From: Octopus vulgaris
Taxonomy: Eukaryota
Assembly: GCA_951406725.2 (NCBI GenBank)
Contig: OX597816.1
Location: 117,924,001-117,988,000 of the forward strand
Length of the DNA stretch: 64,000 nucleotides
Direction: 5' to 3'
Within the stretch, counting starts at the first letter, position 1, and each line of letters opens with the position of its first letter. Positions 1 to 12,522 of this stretch are shown piece after piece. Below the pieces are notes generated by a model. The model ran no database searches and had not been told where the DNA came from. It saw only the letters and a list, made by a program, of their open reading frames with translations. The position numbers and the translations under genes are program-made.

Positions 1-810
1 AATTCACTTTTCTCACATAAAAGGAAAACCTTACATAGAGTAGATACTGAGACATACGAAATGGTGAATGCAACACAAAAGCCGTGTCCAACGGAGCAGG
101 GACGTTTTCGTTCAATAATAGCAGAGTGACGCATACAGAAGTATGTCCAAGGATGAACAATCGCAGATATTTTAGAATTCACGAAAAGTGCAACTTCACA
201 AAGCTAACGAGCTATATAAGACGACTAAGAGAGGAAGTAACGCCGTAGAAAATCAACAGGAAGTTGCTGGAAGGAACTGGACAATACCTGAATGGAAGTA
301 GGCGTTACAAACTTTACTTGGAGGAGAGAAAAGTCGTTCTAAAAGGTCCTCGCGATCCGGATGCTTTCCTGAATTAAAAAAAGTGAGGAATTCATGTGAT
401 GCTTTTATGAGCAGAAATTCATTTTAGCAACGTGGTTGTGCCAGTTTTTGGACTAGGGAATGACATGCACACTCACACAATTGACACACTTCAACCATGT
501 TTGGTATCAATCTTTTTTTCTCGTTAAGTGTTATGATGTTTCAGTTTCGTTCAGGTTCTTTCTAACAACGCCGAGCCAAACAATGTCTATATATACCCCC
601 AATATAAGAGAGGTTATGTGCTTCCCACCACCATGTTCTGCAGAATTGTCAATATTCCCAAGTGCAATAGTTGCCGCGAAACCGATGGTTACATTCTAGC
701 CAGTTATATTGCCACAACTAGTAATATATTGTTCGACAATACATAGAAATATGACTGCTCCATTACACTTATTGAATGTGCTTTTTCTGACTATGGACAG
801 CTAGTTGATA

Positions 811-866
<56 letters not shown>

Positions 867-879
867 CGCACATACATAT

Positions 880-1400
880 CTGCATGCCTTTATATAGCGT
901 TGAAACTAGCACGTTGGTATAAGGCACCTATTTTTACACGAAATGAAACTTAACCTTTGTCATTAATTCGACCTTAGTGAAAAGGCTAGTTATTTTCTTC
1001 GGAGAAACACTTGTTTAACAATGTTGTAGAAGTAATCAAACGGCAAAATTAAACTGGCAAATAAAACTTGAATTATAATCAGGTACACCATGACATGACA
1101 AGAAAGCGGGGGTCTGCTATCATAGGTTACAGAATTGCCAAGAGAAAATTTAGAAGTGTTTTGGACGAAATCAAGATCTGTTCCACTGAAAAGTTACACG
1201 AAGGTGGTGAAAAATTACTAGAATGTCTAATGACTCAACTTCTTATATGTTAGTTCGTAGTAGCTGCATCATCAGCAAGTTGTGTTCATTGAGAAAATGT
1301 ATGCTGCTCTACTTTGCGAAACATCAAAATTGTACAGTAAATAATACTGTCAACATTCCAATAAATTCTGCTCTTGAGAAAATTACTAAAAACATGAACC
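880..1400 (+). mobile_element. Possible highly degraded hAT (Buster/Charlie-like) transposase relic
   Basis: Scattered frameshifted motifs read by eye (GETLV, SAIIGYRIAKRK, TQLLIC*FV) resemble the hAT 'IAKxKKPHTIGExL' and 'QLLxxVRY' segments; no intact ORF. Confidence 0.3.
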
Positions 1401-1949
1401 ACGACCTAATAATCAACAATAACATAGAACAGAACTTCACCTATTACAAGCACATGCAGTAGTTACTGATGAACAAGTAGAAATGAGTGAAGGACACAAA
1501 CAACTCAAAACACAGAGCAAGATTTAAGGAAAACGTCATTATTTTTATCAACAGAATGGAAGGACAATAACACAAGTCGATAGGAAAACTACTGATCAAT
1601 AAAGTTACAAAAAAACAGACAGCAAAAATTGGAGCTTCCAGTCATGCTGTATCGTGTTTCAATTTCCATTTGCCAACAGAAGGGAGAAACTGAAATCGAT
1701 TGAAATTATAACAGACTGCTTAAATGGATCACAGTTCATTGAGAATTACGGGAAGATGTCGGACAGATGGATACTATTATTAGATGTAGAGTGAATAATG
1801 AATTCACCAATCACTGACTATGAATTTAAAATTGTCAATGAAACATTTAAGGAAATTAACGGTTTGAGATACTTGCAGATTAATTAATTGTTCTTGATCA
1901 CGACCTTTGACATCGTAGAATGTTACAATAATGTTGGACTATCTGTAAG

Positions 1950-3065
1950 TTTCCATGAAACTGCAAACTGTACGTTACATCATAAAGAGCCATATCATCA
2001 AGGCAATACAATATGGTTAAACGATCAACGTACTATGTACTATACAAAAATCTCCCCTAAAACATATGACATCAACAATAAAAGCCTCTTGGAGGAACAG
2101 GTTTTGATTAGGATAATTGTTCATATATGGTTGTCAATCGAGAAAAAAAAGTTAAACCACATAAGAAGTAAGGATAATAATAGTTTGTTTGCTTCCCTTA
2201 TCTCCAAAGACGGATGTTACAAATATCACGGAATTAATAAGAATGTTACCTAACAATGGTGCTGAAGAGCTTTAGAAAAAGCTTTAGGAGACTTCGGAAA
2301 GTAGGAAATCAAAGCAGTAATCCTTTAGAGGTGCCAATGCTAGTACTAATATTCGGAAAACTGAATGGACACTTGAAGAGATCTGAGACTTGGATATCAA
2401 GGCGAAGAAAACCGTTACAAATGATAACTTCCACATCAACAATGACATTGATAGGATCTATGTCAGTTGGAAGAATGGATTTGGAGACGTAAGGTCAGTT
2501 CCAGTATGTGTGCCGTATCATATCACTCATACAACACCTGCTGCACAGTAAAGAGAAAATTTAGTATATCACATCTGTACATAACAAAGTAAATAATGAA
2601 AAATCGAGAGTATGTGGGGAGCTCTTGAACAAGTATGTTGATTGTAAAGCTGTTCTATATGACCTACGGTTATCCGGACTTATCCGCTTGAACAGGTATT
2701 GGGAGAAAATACATCATAGCAGAACTTTAAGTATTAATGTACACCCCTCAAGATACAGGCTAACGACAACATTCACAAGAAGAGGAGCCTCCTCTGAACC
2801 TTTGATAAATACATTCCATTTCACCCTGAGAATTTGTCTTCACTATTAAGAAACAGGAGATAATCCATTAGGATTATTGCAAACACCACATTGCAAAAGA
2901 AATCAACACATCAACTGCCCAAGTGGTAACGTCAACATCAACAGTGACACAGAATTTATGCTAGATGGAAGAATGGAGGTCGAGGAGATAAGGTCAGTCC
3001 TAATGTACTACATTCTTGGATCATATCAAAGACATACCAGAACCGGAATATATCTACAATTTTAA
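1950..3065 (+). mobile_element. Degraded R4/Dong-clade non-LTR retrotransposon RT fragment(s)
   Basis: Frameshifted translation near 2335-2495, VPMLVLIFGKLN/WTLEEI*DLDIKAKKTVTNDNFHINNDIDRIYVSWKNGFG, matches the R4 RT C-terminal 'WTxxELxxLDxKTRK...HxxSDVDRLYxxRKxGGRG' motif. A second copy of the same motif lies near 2925-3000. Confidence 0.6.
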
Positions 3066-4249
3066 AAATAAAAAAATGCTGGTGGAAACTTTCAATAAAA
3101 ATAGTAATCCAATACAAACACAATAGATTTTTTTATTCACATATTATTTTATGGCTCAGGGAATAAAAGTAATGTTTCAGTGGTCAATAGCCAAGCCATT
3201 ATGATTGTCTCTTATAAAGTTGTAGGAAAAGAGAACATCTATGGTGATCTAATGCAAAACTTATTGCTCTTGAAATAGATTTATCTATAGATTTTTCCCT
3301 GTGTTTATTGTTGTAGGTGCACTGAGTTTTGTAACAACAGATTTGTACAAAAAGGTTGGAATTCTGGGGGTGGGGAGCAGTCAAGTAAGCAAACTGACTC
3401 GCATCGTCCAAATCCAATCGATTTCTAGTGCAGTGAAGACTTGTAAAACATTCCAATGATCCTCCATTTGAGTACCCTAGAATGAACATATACACACAAA
3501 CACAGTACATGCGTACCTAATAAAAATTAATACGTACATACATACATACATACATACATACATACATACATACATACATACATACATACATACATACATA
3601 CGTACGTACGTACGTACGTACGTACATAATGCAAAACGTTTCTCTAGTTTAAAGTGTGACATTATTTTTCTTATCTACATTTCAATGATGTAGCTTTGTA
3701 TCTTTATTAGAAACCAATACCATGTATATATGCATGCATGCATATATACATGGAGGCTGTCAACTCGTAAACAAGTATGAATATCACTGACAAATTATCC
3801 TATCGTAGAAGTTAAACACAATGTCTGTCAGCAATGTCCTTGTTGAAATTTAAAGTCAGTTACAGCTTGCATAACACCGCTAAGACTCTCACCTACAAAG
3901 TCAAATAGTTCAGAAACAAGCAAGAGCAAGGACTTCAGCTTCACTAAAAGGTGAGTGTTATTCGGAAATTCATTGTCCAAGAGAGAATTCTAAACAAAAT
4001 CTAGGGGTGTCTCACACCTAGCTGTTCGGTGACCGTTGGCTTTGAGTTTATCTGTCCTTTGACAGGTTTTGTTTTTCGTCCCACAGGATGTCTAAGCAGG
4101 ATGTTTCAAGCAAGTTTGGGAAGGTTGCTGGTTTAGTCACCGACGGCCCATTGATGCGACAGGTTGTACTGAGACACATGTTATCACTAGCACTAAGAGA
4201 GGCTTGACATAAGCATACATTCATTCATACATATATGTGCGTATACGCG

Positions 4250-4285
<36 letters not shown>

Positions 4286-4330
4286 GATGTATATGATACA
4301 TATTAATAGATATAAGCATGTATATGTATG

Positions 4331-4383
<53 letters not shown>

Positions 4384-4435
4384 ATGTATATGATACATAT
4401 TACTAGATATAAGCATGTATATGTACGTATGTATG

Positions 4436-4481
<46 letters not shown>

Positions 4482-4484
4482 AAA

Positions 4485-5023
4485 AAAAAAACGAAGAAAA
4501 AGCACAAGAAAAAACAACAACGTGAGTACGCGGTACATGTAAAATATTAGCAAACGCTCAGGCAAGGAAAGAAAGGTAGTTTTACGTTTCGAGCAAAGCT
4601 CTTCTTCAGAAGCAAGAGACAGAGAAAAATCCGAGAGAACAGGAAGTCGAGAAGGAAAAGTATCTTATATATAAATGTAAGATCCAGGGATTGAGGAGTA
4701 AGAAGAAAGTTAGCTTCAAGTAATCCGTAGTAAATATATAAAAAAACAACTTTCAGAGACAATAGTGGTTTATTGAGGCGGAAGGTTGTGGGTTTTTTTC
4801 GTATTGAAGAACGATAAGCTGAAAAAAGTTCTTTTCACATTCCAAGGTAGGCGATCGGGGTTGCAAGGTGTGCGAATAAGAATACGAGAGTTACGGAATG
4901 GAGTAGGTAAGCTCCGGACTACATATGTTTTAATCGCTTGGATTTTTACTACTTTTGAGGTTCCGCCCGACATGAAATATATGTAGCCCGGATCTTACTT
5001 ACTCCATTCTGTAACTCTTGTGT
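4485..5023 (-). mobile_element. Penelope-like element terminal-repeat (pLTR) fragment with short terminal inversion
   Basis: Homologous to 33800-33990; carries a hammerhead motif at 4579-4613; inverted arms at 4882-4930 and 4975-5023. Confidence 0.55.
4579..4613 (-). ncRNA. Minimal type I hammerhead ribozyme motif (PLE-associated)
   Basis: Minus strand GCTT-CTGAAGA-A-GAGC-TTT-GCTC-GAA-ACGT-A-AAAC: intact core, 4-bp stem II, palindromic ACGU stem III, stem I 3 of 4 paired. Confidence 0.6.
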
Positions 5024-5774
5024 ATATATCAGATCTTGCTGGAACTGATTTTGGCTTATACTTTACAGGGAATTGGTAAAGTAAATACTAATGACTTACC
5101 AAATTCAATAGAATAATTTGGCTTTGTTGTCCCAGTGTGAAATCACTACGAGCATACAGTGCTTGATCGTTTTAAGTATGTTTCTATGGGAATGCATGTA
5201 TATGTGTGTGTGTGTGTATGTGTGTGTGCGTGCGTGTTTGTGCGCGCGCGTGTGTTCCAGTACGTGTGTACGTGTGTCTTCGTGTGTGTATGTAAGTGGG
5301 CTCAACGAAAATTCTTTGTAACATAAGTCCCTAGTAGGGGAAAAAAACCAATGGAAGAAAAATGTGACATACCGTAATACATGAAATATGAGTTTATAAC
5401 CTCATAGAGTACTCCAGTGATAATGTATTTGTTTGATGCAAATATCTCTTTGGATTGGATGAACGAACACATTTCTGTCATTTTCGATGAAGAAAGCAGT
5501 CGGTCACATGGTGTTAAATTCAAAATCAACCGATACCGAAAAACAATGAAATGAACAGTTTTGTATCGAATGGACTACGAAGCACCTATCAACGATTGTA
5601 AATAATCACGTAAAGTGCTTGACGAGGGAGAAATTCACAGGAGGTCTATTGTTTGTTTGTTTGTGTGTTTGTTTGTTTGTTTGTTTGTGTGTGTGGTGGG
5701 GGGGGTGATGTAGACCCTCGAGAAGACAACTGAAACTTCAAATGCTAGTACCCAGAGGGAAGAGAGAGAGAGAG

Positions 5775-5830
<56 letters not shown>

Positions 5831-6099
5831 CAGACATACAGTTACTCTTATGAAATCGAAATATCAAATATAAAAAAAATTAAACATTTAAATCGTGTCG
5901 CCGACCTTCTGGTTTGTTCGTTGTAAGGATACTTATGCCATTATGGCTCAGTTTAGCTCACTATAAGCTACTATTATAAAGACTTGAGCCTCTTACAGCA
6001 GTTTTCTGTAACTCTATATGATATCTATCCACAGCTACGTCGCCGAACCCAGTTAGAGAGGTGTCGTTACAATGTCAAATGTGTAACATATGCGAAAAG

Positions 6100-6343
6100 T
6101 ACTATCACTTATGAGATTTGCCAATTTTTCAGACAAATATCCGTCAAAAGTAAATACTGTAAATAATGTACATAATTCCTCATCTCTCAGATATAGCATT
6201 GTATTATATCCTTATGTTTTATGATTTTCTTTATCAGTAGATATATTATATTTTGTTATTAGTTTGATGAATTCGATGCTTTTATACATACATTTTTGTT
6301 AGTGTGACAGGAATTGTGGTGCAATGATCTACGTAACATTTTG
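6100..6343. repeat. 244-bp inverted repeat, left copy (exact reverse complement of 8096-8339)
   Basis: Compared base by base in 10-nt blocks: no mismatch found. Confidence 0.95.
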
Positions 6344-7559
6344 CACAAGACATACGGGAAGTAAAATAGTTTCACTAGAGATTCAAAACTAAATTGTTTG
6401 CTCGTCTTACTTAAATATCATTCTTAATCTGTTATTTTTTCTTGCAGAACCAGTTAGAACCCCAGAACATAAGTAATATTTAGTTTATCGTTACAGCATG
6501 AAATAGGTTCAGATCTCAATAGGGAACAATTTAAAGTTTTAATTGTTGAATACCAACCTACACCATCGGTTACACTGTAACTTACAGTTAAAAAGGAAAA
6601 CATCTCCATAGTGAACCCTCGTTCAATCTGAAATATTTGATTCGAGTTCCTCTGTTCACAAGGAGAAACTTATCTGAAGAAAGAAATAAACATTACCAAG
6701 TGACTCAGTTAATCTTCAACGTGGTGGAGTTCAACAATCAAATGGTGGAACTCTATTGAATGCTAGAAATTTTAAGGGTAAAATTGAAAATTTTGATTTA
6801 TTTACATCGACCGTTTACCAAGTATCATTTGGTGTAACCGTCTTAAGAACATCGTTGGAAATAGATGACAATTGCTGTCTCTGTAAACTATTCTCCAGAT
6901 CAACGAGAAATCCTGACTGTAGTCGCTCGATATGCTAAAAATAGCAACCAGATTTATTCAAATTACATTCTACAGTCATAAAAAAAGGAAGAACGCATTG
7001 AAAATGTAATCTAAGATAAACTATGCTTTAAAAAATTAGATTACCACAGATGGAACACCATTGAGTGCTGTTTGTCCCAGGTCACATCTGATTGAATAGA
7101 CTAGAAGTGACTTGGAGCTCAGCAACATTTTCCAGACAAACAAGCTTTTTAACTCTTCTTCTTCGAGCTTCTATCTCCAGCGACCAAAATAGTTGAACAC
7201 CTTTTTTATGAAAAGTCATGATATTTCTGCTTCGTCTGAGAGCTAAATGGATATAGAAAACTAATGAATATTTCCTACTGCACTATTTTTCTTTACTCTA
7301 TCCCACCAGCAAATGGATTTTAATAGATGAGATTCACTTGTGATCTCTGATGAGGCTTAAGAGAAAATTATAAAAGCCACGTTCTTCAAACGCCTTTAGT
7401 AAAATCGTTAAAGAAGACTTATTTTTCTAAACACTGCTTGACGCTCTTATGCTAAGGATACAAATGAAACGTATTCCCTTGATCACAGTCTTGTAAGATG
7501 TCTGTTTTATATTCGTTGAATTCGAAAATGTTTTATAAAACCACAATCAGAAAACACAA

Positions 7560-7958
7560 CACTTTCATCATAAGACCAATATCATCGTTTTCGTTGATTA
7601 TCCCTTTCACCCAAACTAAATTATTATTAAATTGAACAGTTTTAATTATATTTTTCTCATTTTTCTCTACAAGTGTTGGTGAGAGCTAATGATCTTAATA
7701 CAATGTTTAATCAGATAAAGAAGGACAGAGAGTGACAGATGCCTCATCATTCATAATAAGACCACTTTCATCATAAGACCAATATCATCGTCTTCATTGA
7801 TTATCCCTTTCACCCAAACTAAATTATTATTAAATTGAACAGTTTTAATTATATTTTTCTCATTTTTCTCTACAAGTGTTGGTGAGAGCTAATGATCTTA
7901 ATACAATGCTTTATCAGATAAAGAAGGACAGAGAGTGACAGATGCCTCATCATTCATA
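7560..7958. repeat. Tandem duplication, 203-bp period (7560-7755 and 7763-7958, 7-bp spacer ATAAGAC)
   Basis: Direct comparison; about 4 substitutions between copies. Confidence 0.95.
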
Positions 7959-8095
7959 GAAACCTTTGAGTAATTGATAATAATTATTTCCATCCATTTT
8001 GACTGTCGAAACTTTAAGAGCCTACATTCGTTCAACCAGACACAATTTTTTTTTCCTGTGGTACATTCAAATTCGCTCTTTCAACTTCTAAAACA

Positions 8096-8339
8096 CAAAA
8101 TGTTACGTAGATCATTGCACCACAATTCCTGTCACACTAACAAAAATGTATGTATAAAAGCATCGAATTCATCAAACTAATAACAAAATATAATATATCT
8201 ACTGATAAAGAAAATCATAAAACATAAGGATATAATACAATGCTATATCTGAGAGATGAGGAATTATGTACATTATTTACAGTATTTACTTTTGACGGAT
8301 ATTTGTCTGAAAAATTGGCAAATCTCATAAGTGATAGTA
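8096..8339. repeat. 244-bp inverted repeat, right copy; spans host/PLE junction
   Basis: Exact reverse complement of 6100-6343; ends inside PLE RT-coding sequence (EKLANLISDS). Confidence 0.95.
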
Positions 8340-9954
8340 GCTACAGCAAAGTAAAGAAAGAGGAAGTTGTCACAGATCTTGAACAAGAACAAGGATCACT
8401 TTATACCAATGAAGTATAGACAACTGACTCGACACTGCAGTAAGCTACTACACATGTACGGTCTCCCTAAGATTCATAGTGAGGTGTAGAGGTTCAGCAT
8501 GTCATCCACTGAGCTGCTTCCTTGTGGATATACTCAGTTCATTAGCAGGAAAGTGAACATCGTTCGTGAAGAATTCAACCCACTCCACAGAATTGATCAA
8601 GGATACCCCCATTGGCTCCAACCAGATGGTGAGTCTAGATGTGATAAGTCTGTTCACCAAAGTCCCAACTGGTGAAGCACTATCAATGATTCAAGAAAGA
8701 CACCTGTCTAAGAGAACTCACTAGTATACCAATAGGAAACTTGATGGGAATATTTACTTTTTGTGTAGAAACTATCTACCTCAGAATGATATATATCGAC
8801 ATGTTTAGCTATGGGTTCACCATTATCACCGATAATAGCCAATATATACATAGAATACTTTGAGAATTTGGCTTTAGGATCAACACCACAAAAACCTTTA
8901 TACTCTGGCCCCACCAGGAAGATGACCAAGTACTGTTGGATCATGTGAACACAATAAAGCCATCCATACAGTTCACAATGGAAAAGGAAAAAGACAATCA
9001 GCTAGCATTTCTGGATGTATTAATAACACGCACCAAGTATGGATCCAGGACATCCGTATACCGCAAGCCAACCTTCACTGGACGATACCTCAACTTCAAT
9101 TCTCAGAGTAAAGAGAGGGATTGCCCAATGCCTAAAACATCGAGTAAAGAATGTAAGTAGCGATCCTGATACACATCACGAAGAAATTATTAAGCTAAGT
9201 AACAATCTGTTAAGCAACAACTATCCTAAAAACATACTACCCACTCCAATTATGAAGATAAGAGAGGATGAAACCCATAAACTGACCAGTCTGTCTACCC
9301 TGTGTGAAAGACTTCTCCGAAAAGATACAAAAGATATGCAGTCCCTATGATATCAGGCCAGTATTCAAGAGTAATACAACACTTCGCAAATATCTCATTC
9401 GAGCAAAACCACCAATAGAAGAGAATATGCAGCAGTGGTAGGTTATACAAAGGCGAAACATGCTGCCTTCTTAAAATAAGGGTAGAGGAACATCGCAAAG
9501 CTGTGACACGAGAAGATATTGATAAATCGGGTATAGTTGATCATGTATGGAAAAACGGGGACCACCTCCCCCTGTGGGATGAAGTTAAAATAATAGACAG
9601 AGAACACTACTAGAAAATACGAAAACTAAAAGAGGCAGCACATATGCTAGGACATAATAACCTCCTAAGCAGACCTTGTGCAGATACGAGTAGTATATGG
9701 GAACCGATATTAAGGAAGGGTAGGAAAATATTAGATTTATAAGCCCTAAAATTCACTCCATAATTGCCTCCTGAAATTCACTTCCTAATTGCCTATGATT
9801 CCAGGCAGTGAACTGAATAGTAATAGCATTAAAAAAATGCCTTAGAAATGAGAACACAGGTTCGAAATTCCCCCAGGACACATGATGAAGACTGAAACGT
9901 TGTGTTGACAACAAACAAGATGAGGACAAATATCCGTCAAATGTAAATAATGTA
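8269..9954 (+). mobile_element. Decayed Penelope-like retroelement (RT + GIY-YIG remnant + pLTR) with short inverted 5' pLTR tip
   Basis: RT motifs VSLDVISLFTKVP, MGSPLSPIIANIYIEYFE, FTMEKEKDNQLAFLDVLITR and YRKPTFTGRYLNFNS. The pLTR end GACAAATATCCGTCAAATGTAAATAATGTA (to 9954) is mirrored at 8269-8307. A 14-bp direct repeat ATAAGGATATAATA occurs at 8224-8237 and 9954-9967. Confidence 0.9.
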
Positions 9955-11426
9955 TAAGGATATAATATAATCTCTAAATAAACACTTAAATTTTAGGAAA
10001 TAAAATTCGTTGCACCATTTAAACAAATAATAATAATTTTATTAAAGATGCATCTCACATGTCTCTGTGAGTCACTCAGACAAAGTTTTTGCTATCAATT
10101 ACACAGCTTAGCCGAGCCCATTTCTTTCTAAGTGTCGTGGGATTATAGAAAAAAGTAAATGAGACAGTATAAAAATCATTTCCTTTTCACTCCTTATGAA
10201 TAACTGTTTCGTTCATTTTAACTGTCAGAATTCAATTTCAAAATAATTGAATTTTTAATTAATTTGGATTTCAGAGTTGTCTGCCAAGCCTTTCTCGATT
10301 AGAATTATTCAGTAAAGTTTATGATATTCCTCTTTTATTTGGGTGTTATTTTAATTGATTAAACACTCTTTACCGCGCTACATTAAAATATGTTAACTCT
10401 CGGAAAACTATTAATAAAGTGGCTCATATTTATCGGTAGAAAAATCATGTTGCATATCTAACCACCGAGAATAAAGTATCAAGTAGATGTGAAATAGTCG
10501 GTTCATAAGATAGAGGTAAATTCTCAACGAGTCATATTCTTAACTTAGGTTCATAATATATCTAAAAAATAAATTATTTCATTGGGAGTCAATGAAGTAG
10601 CAATAATGAAAACGAAAAGAAAAAAGAGAGAGAGAGAGGTGCCGTAGGATACAAAAGAAATAATTGAAATGGATTACAACTCGTTCTGATTTCAAATCCA
10701 ACAGAGATCAACAATATTTCTCCACTTACTTGTGGGGTGGATAGAATATGGAGATGTTAAATAAATATATCCATTGTAGGCCTTCTCCGTCCGCAAAAAG
10801 TATCCTTTATCTTATTCATCCGAAACTTTATTTTCGGTTGATGCTAGTTCATTTCAGTCACTATTTCCTTGAGATAACGAATGACTATGAACAAACCAAC
10901 GACGTTATCCTCATCGGATAATTGGCTCGAATAGCACTTAAGGGCTGCGTAGTGACGTCGAATACAGCAACGAATCAAATCTTTCACGTAAGAACAGAGA
11001 TAGCCCCTCTGTTGGGCCTCCACACAGCTTTCGTCTACTAAATTTCATTCACAGGCTTTGGCCGACCAAAACTCATGTTAGAGACTTTTATCATTACATG
11101 ACTTTCGTCAGTTCATATTCTATCGCCTAAAAGCTTTCTACTGACAATTTACGTGTCTTATGTCTGCTTTATCAGTGTTCATCTGGAGTAGATAACAAAA
11201 AAGTACCCATTTCCGCTTCCTTAATCTATGTAAAATAAAATATATCAATAATTTGTGACTGACAAATTTACTAAAAAAAAAACTCTTCTAACTGTTAAAT
11301 CTTCCTCTGCAACATATAAAAAATGGCTAAGGTCACATTGGATAATTTAGTCACATATACACTTAAAGAAACAGGGTGGTCACGCCCGGAATGTCATTAA
11401 TCATGTCTAATAAAACTATTTAGGTA

Positions 11427-11589
11427 ATACATTATTTACATTTGACGGATATTTGTTCTCATCTTGTTTGTTGTTAACACGTTTCGGCTGATATACCCTC
11501 CAGCCTTCATCAAGTGTCTTGGAGAAATTTCGAACCTGGGTTCTCATTCCTAAGGAATGTTAGGAATGAGAACCCAGCTTCGAAATTTC
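11427..11589 (-). mobile_element. PLE pLTR fragment (same family as 9840-9954) ending in a 30-bp fold-back
   Basis: Reverse complement of the 3' end of the 8269-9954 element; arms 11524-11553 and 11560-11589 (29/30 identical); decayed hammerhead at 11476-11518. Confidence 0.75.
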
Positions 11590-12459
11590 GGGGTCGATAA
11601 AATAAGTACCACTTGAACACTGAGGTCGATGTAATCGACTTACTCCCTTCCCCGAAATCGTTGGCATTGTGCCAAAATTTGAAATCAATACTGATGTTAA
11701 CTAGTGGACGATTGAGATATTCGGTCGTCCGCTTTTAGAAGATATCAAGCTAGATGCCACTTCCTTGAAAGAGAAAAGAGACATCAGACACCGATGATGG
11801 TGAGCAGGCTGATATTGAGGACCCAAAGACAGTGTTCATATACTCGTTGCTAGAGCTTTTTTTATATTAAAAATACACATACATCTTAGATATACATACA
11901 ATATAATCAAACTCATTCTCGACTCTCATAAATGTCAATGATGAAAAACTGGAGCCGACACACGCATACGAGTATGTCTTGATAGTATATACCATGCTCT
12001 CGTTAATTGTTTCAGGTGCCTATGTAGTCACAAGCTAACATAGCATATTCTCGATCCTTCCGGGGGAACATCGAGGTTATGACAACTCGATAGGTACACA
12101 TTTCCAGCTGAGTAGGCTGAAGCAATGTGAAATTCACAGTAATGCTTTTGTGATCGGATGGCAATCTATACGCAAGTATGCGTATAGATTTTCAGAAATG
12201 GGGAAAACATAACTTTTGTTGAAATATATTGGTATATGGTATCAGAGAATGTATGTATGTATGTATGTATACACAGATATGCTCACACTTCACACACACA
12301 CACACACACACATGCATGTATGAGTGTATGTGTGTCGGTGTAATTTCAAATAAAATAACGTTTTAGAAATGGCAACAGAAATTGTATTACTCTTTCTAAA
12401 CAAATCAGTATAAATTTTCAAGACCTTTGTAAATGTTAATGACTCAACCAAATGTGTGT

Positions 12460-12522
<63 letters not shown>

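Noticed and set aside
1-780. Possible coding or transposase remnant at window start
   Set aside because: All frames are interrupted and no motif could be assigned with confidence.
3199-3510. Minus-strand ORF with GYSNGG (hydrolase-like GxSxG) after a possible acceptor
   Set aside because: No other hydrolase features or supporting exons; a short motif expected by chance.
7340-7370. Isolated CTGATGA strings (also about 28698 and 58016)
   Set aside because: No correctly placed stem II and GAAA-NUH, so not hammerheads.
6100-8339. DNA transposon with 244-bp TIRs
   Set aside because: The repeat includes a host/PLE junction and stops inside RT coding sequence; no TSD and no transposase between the arms.
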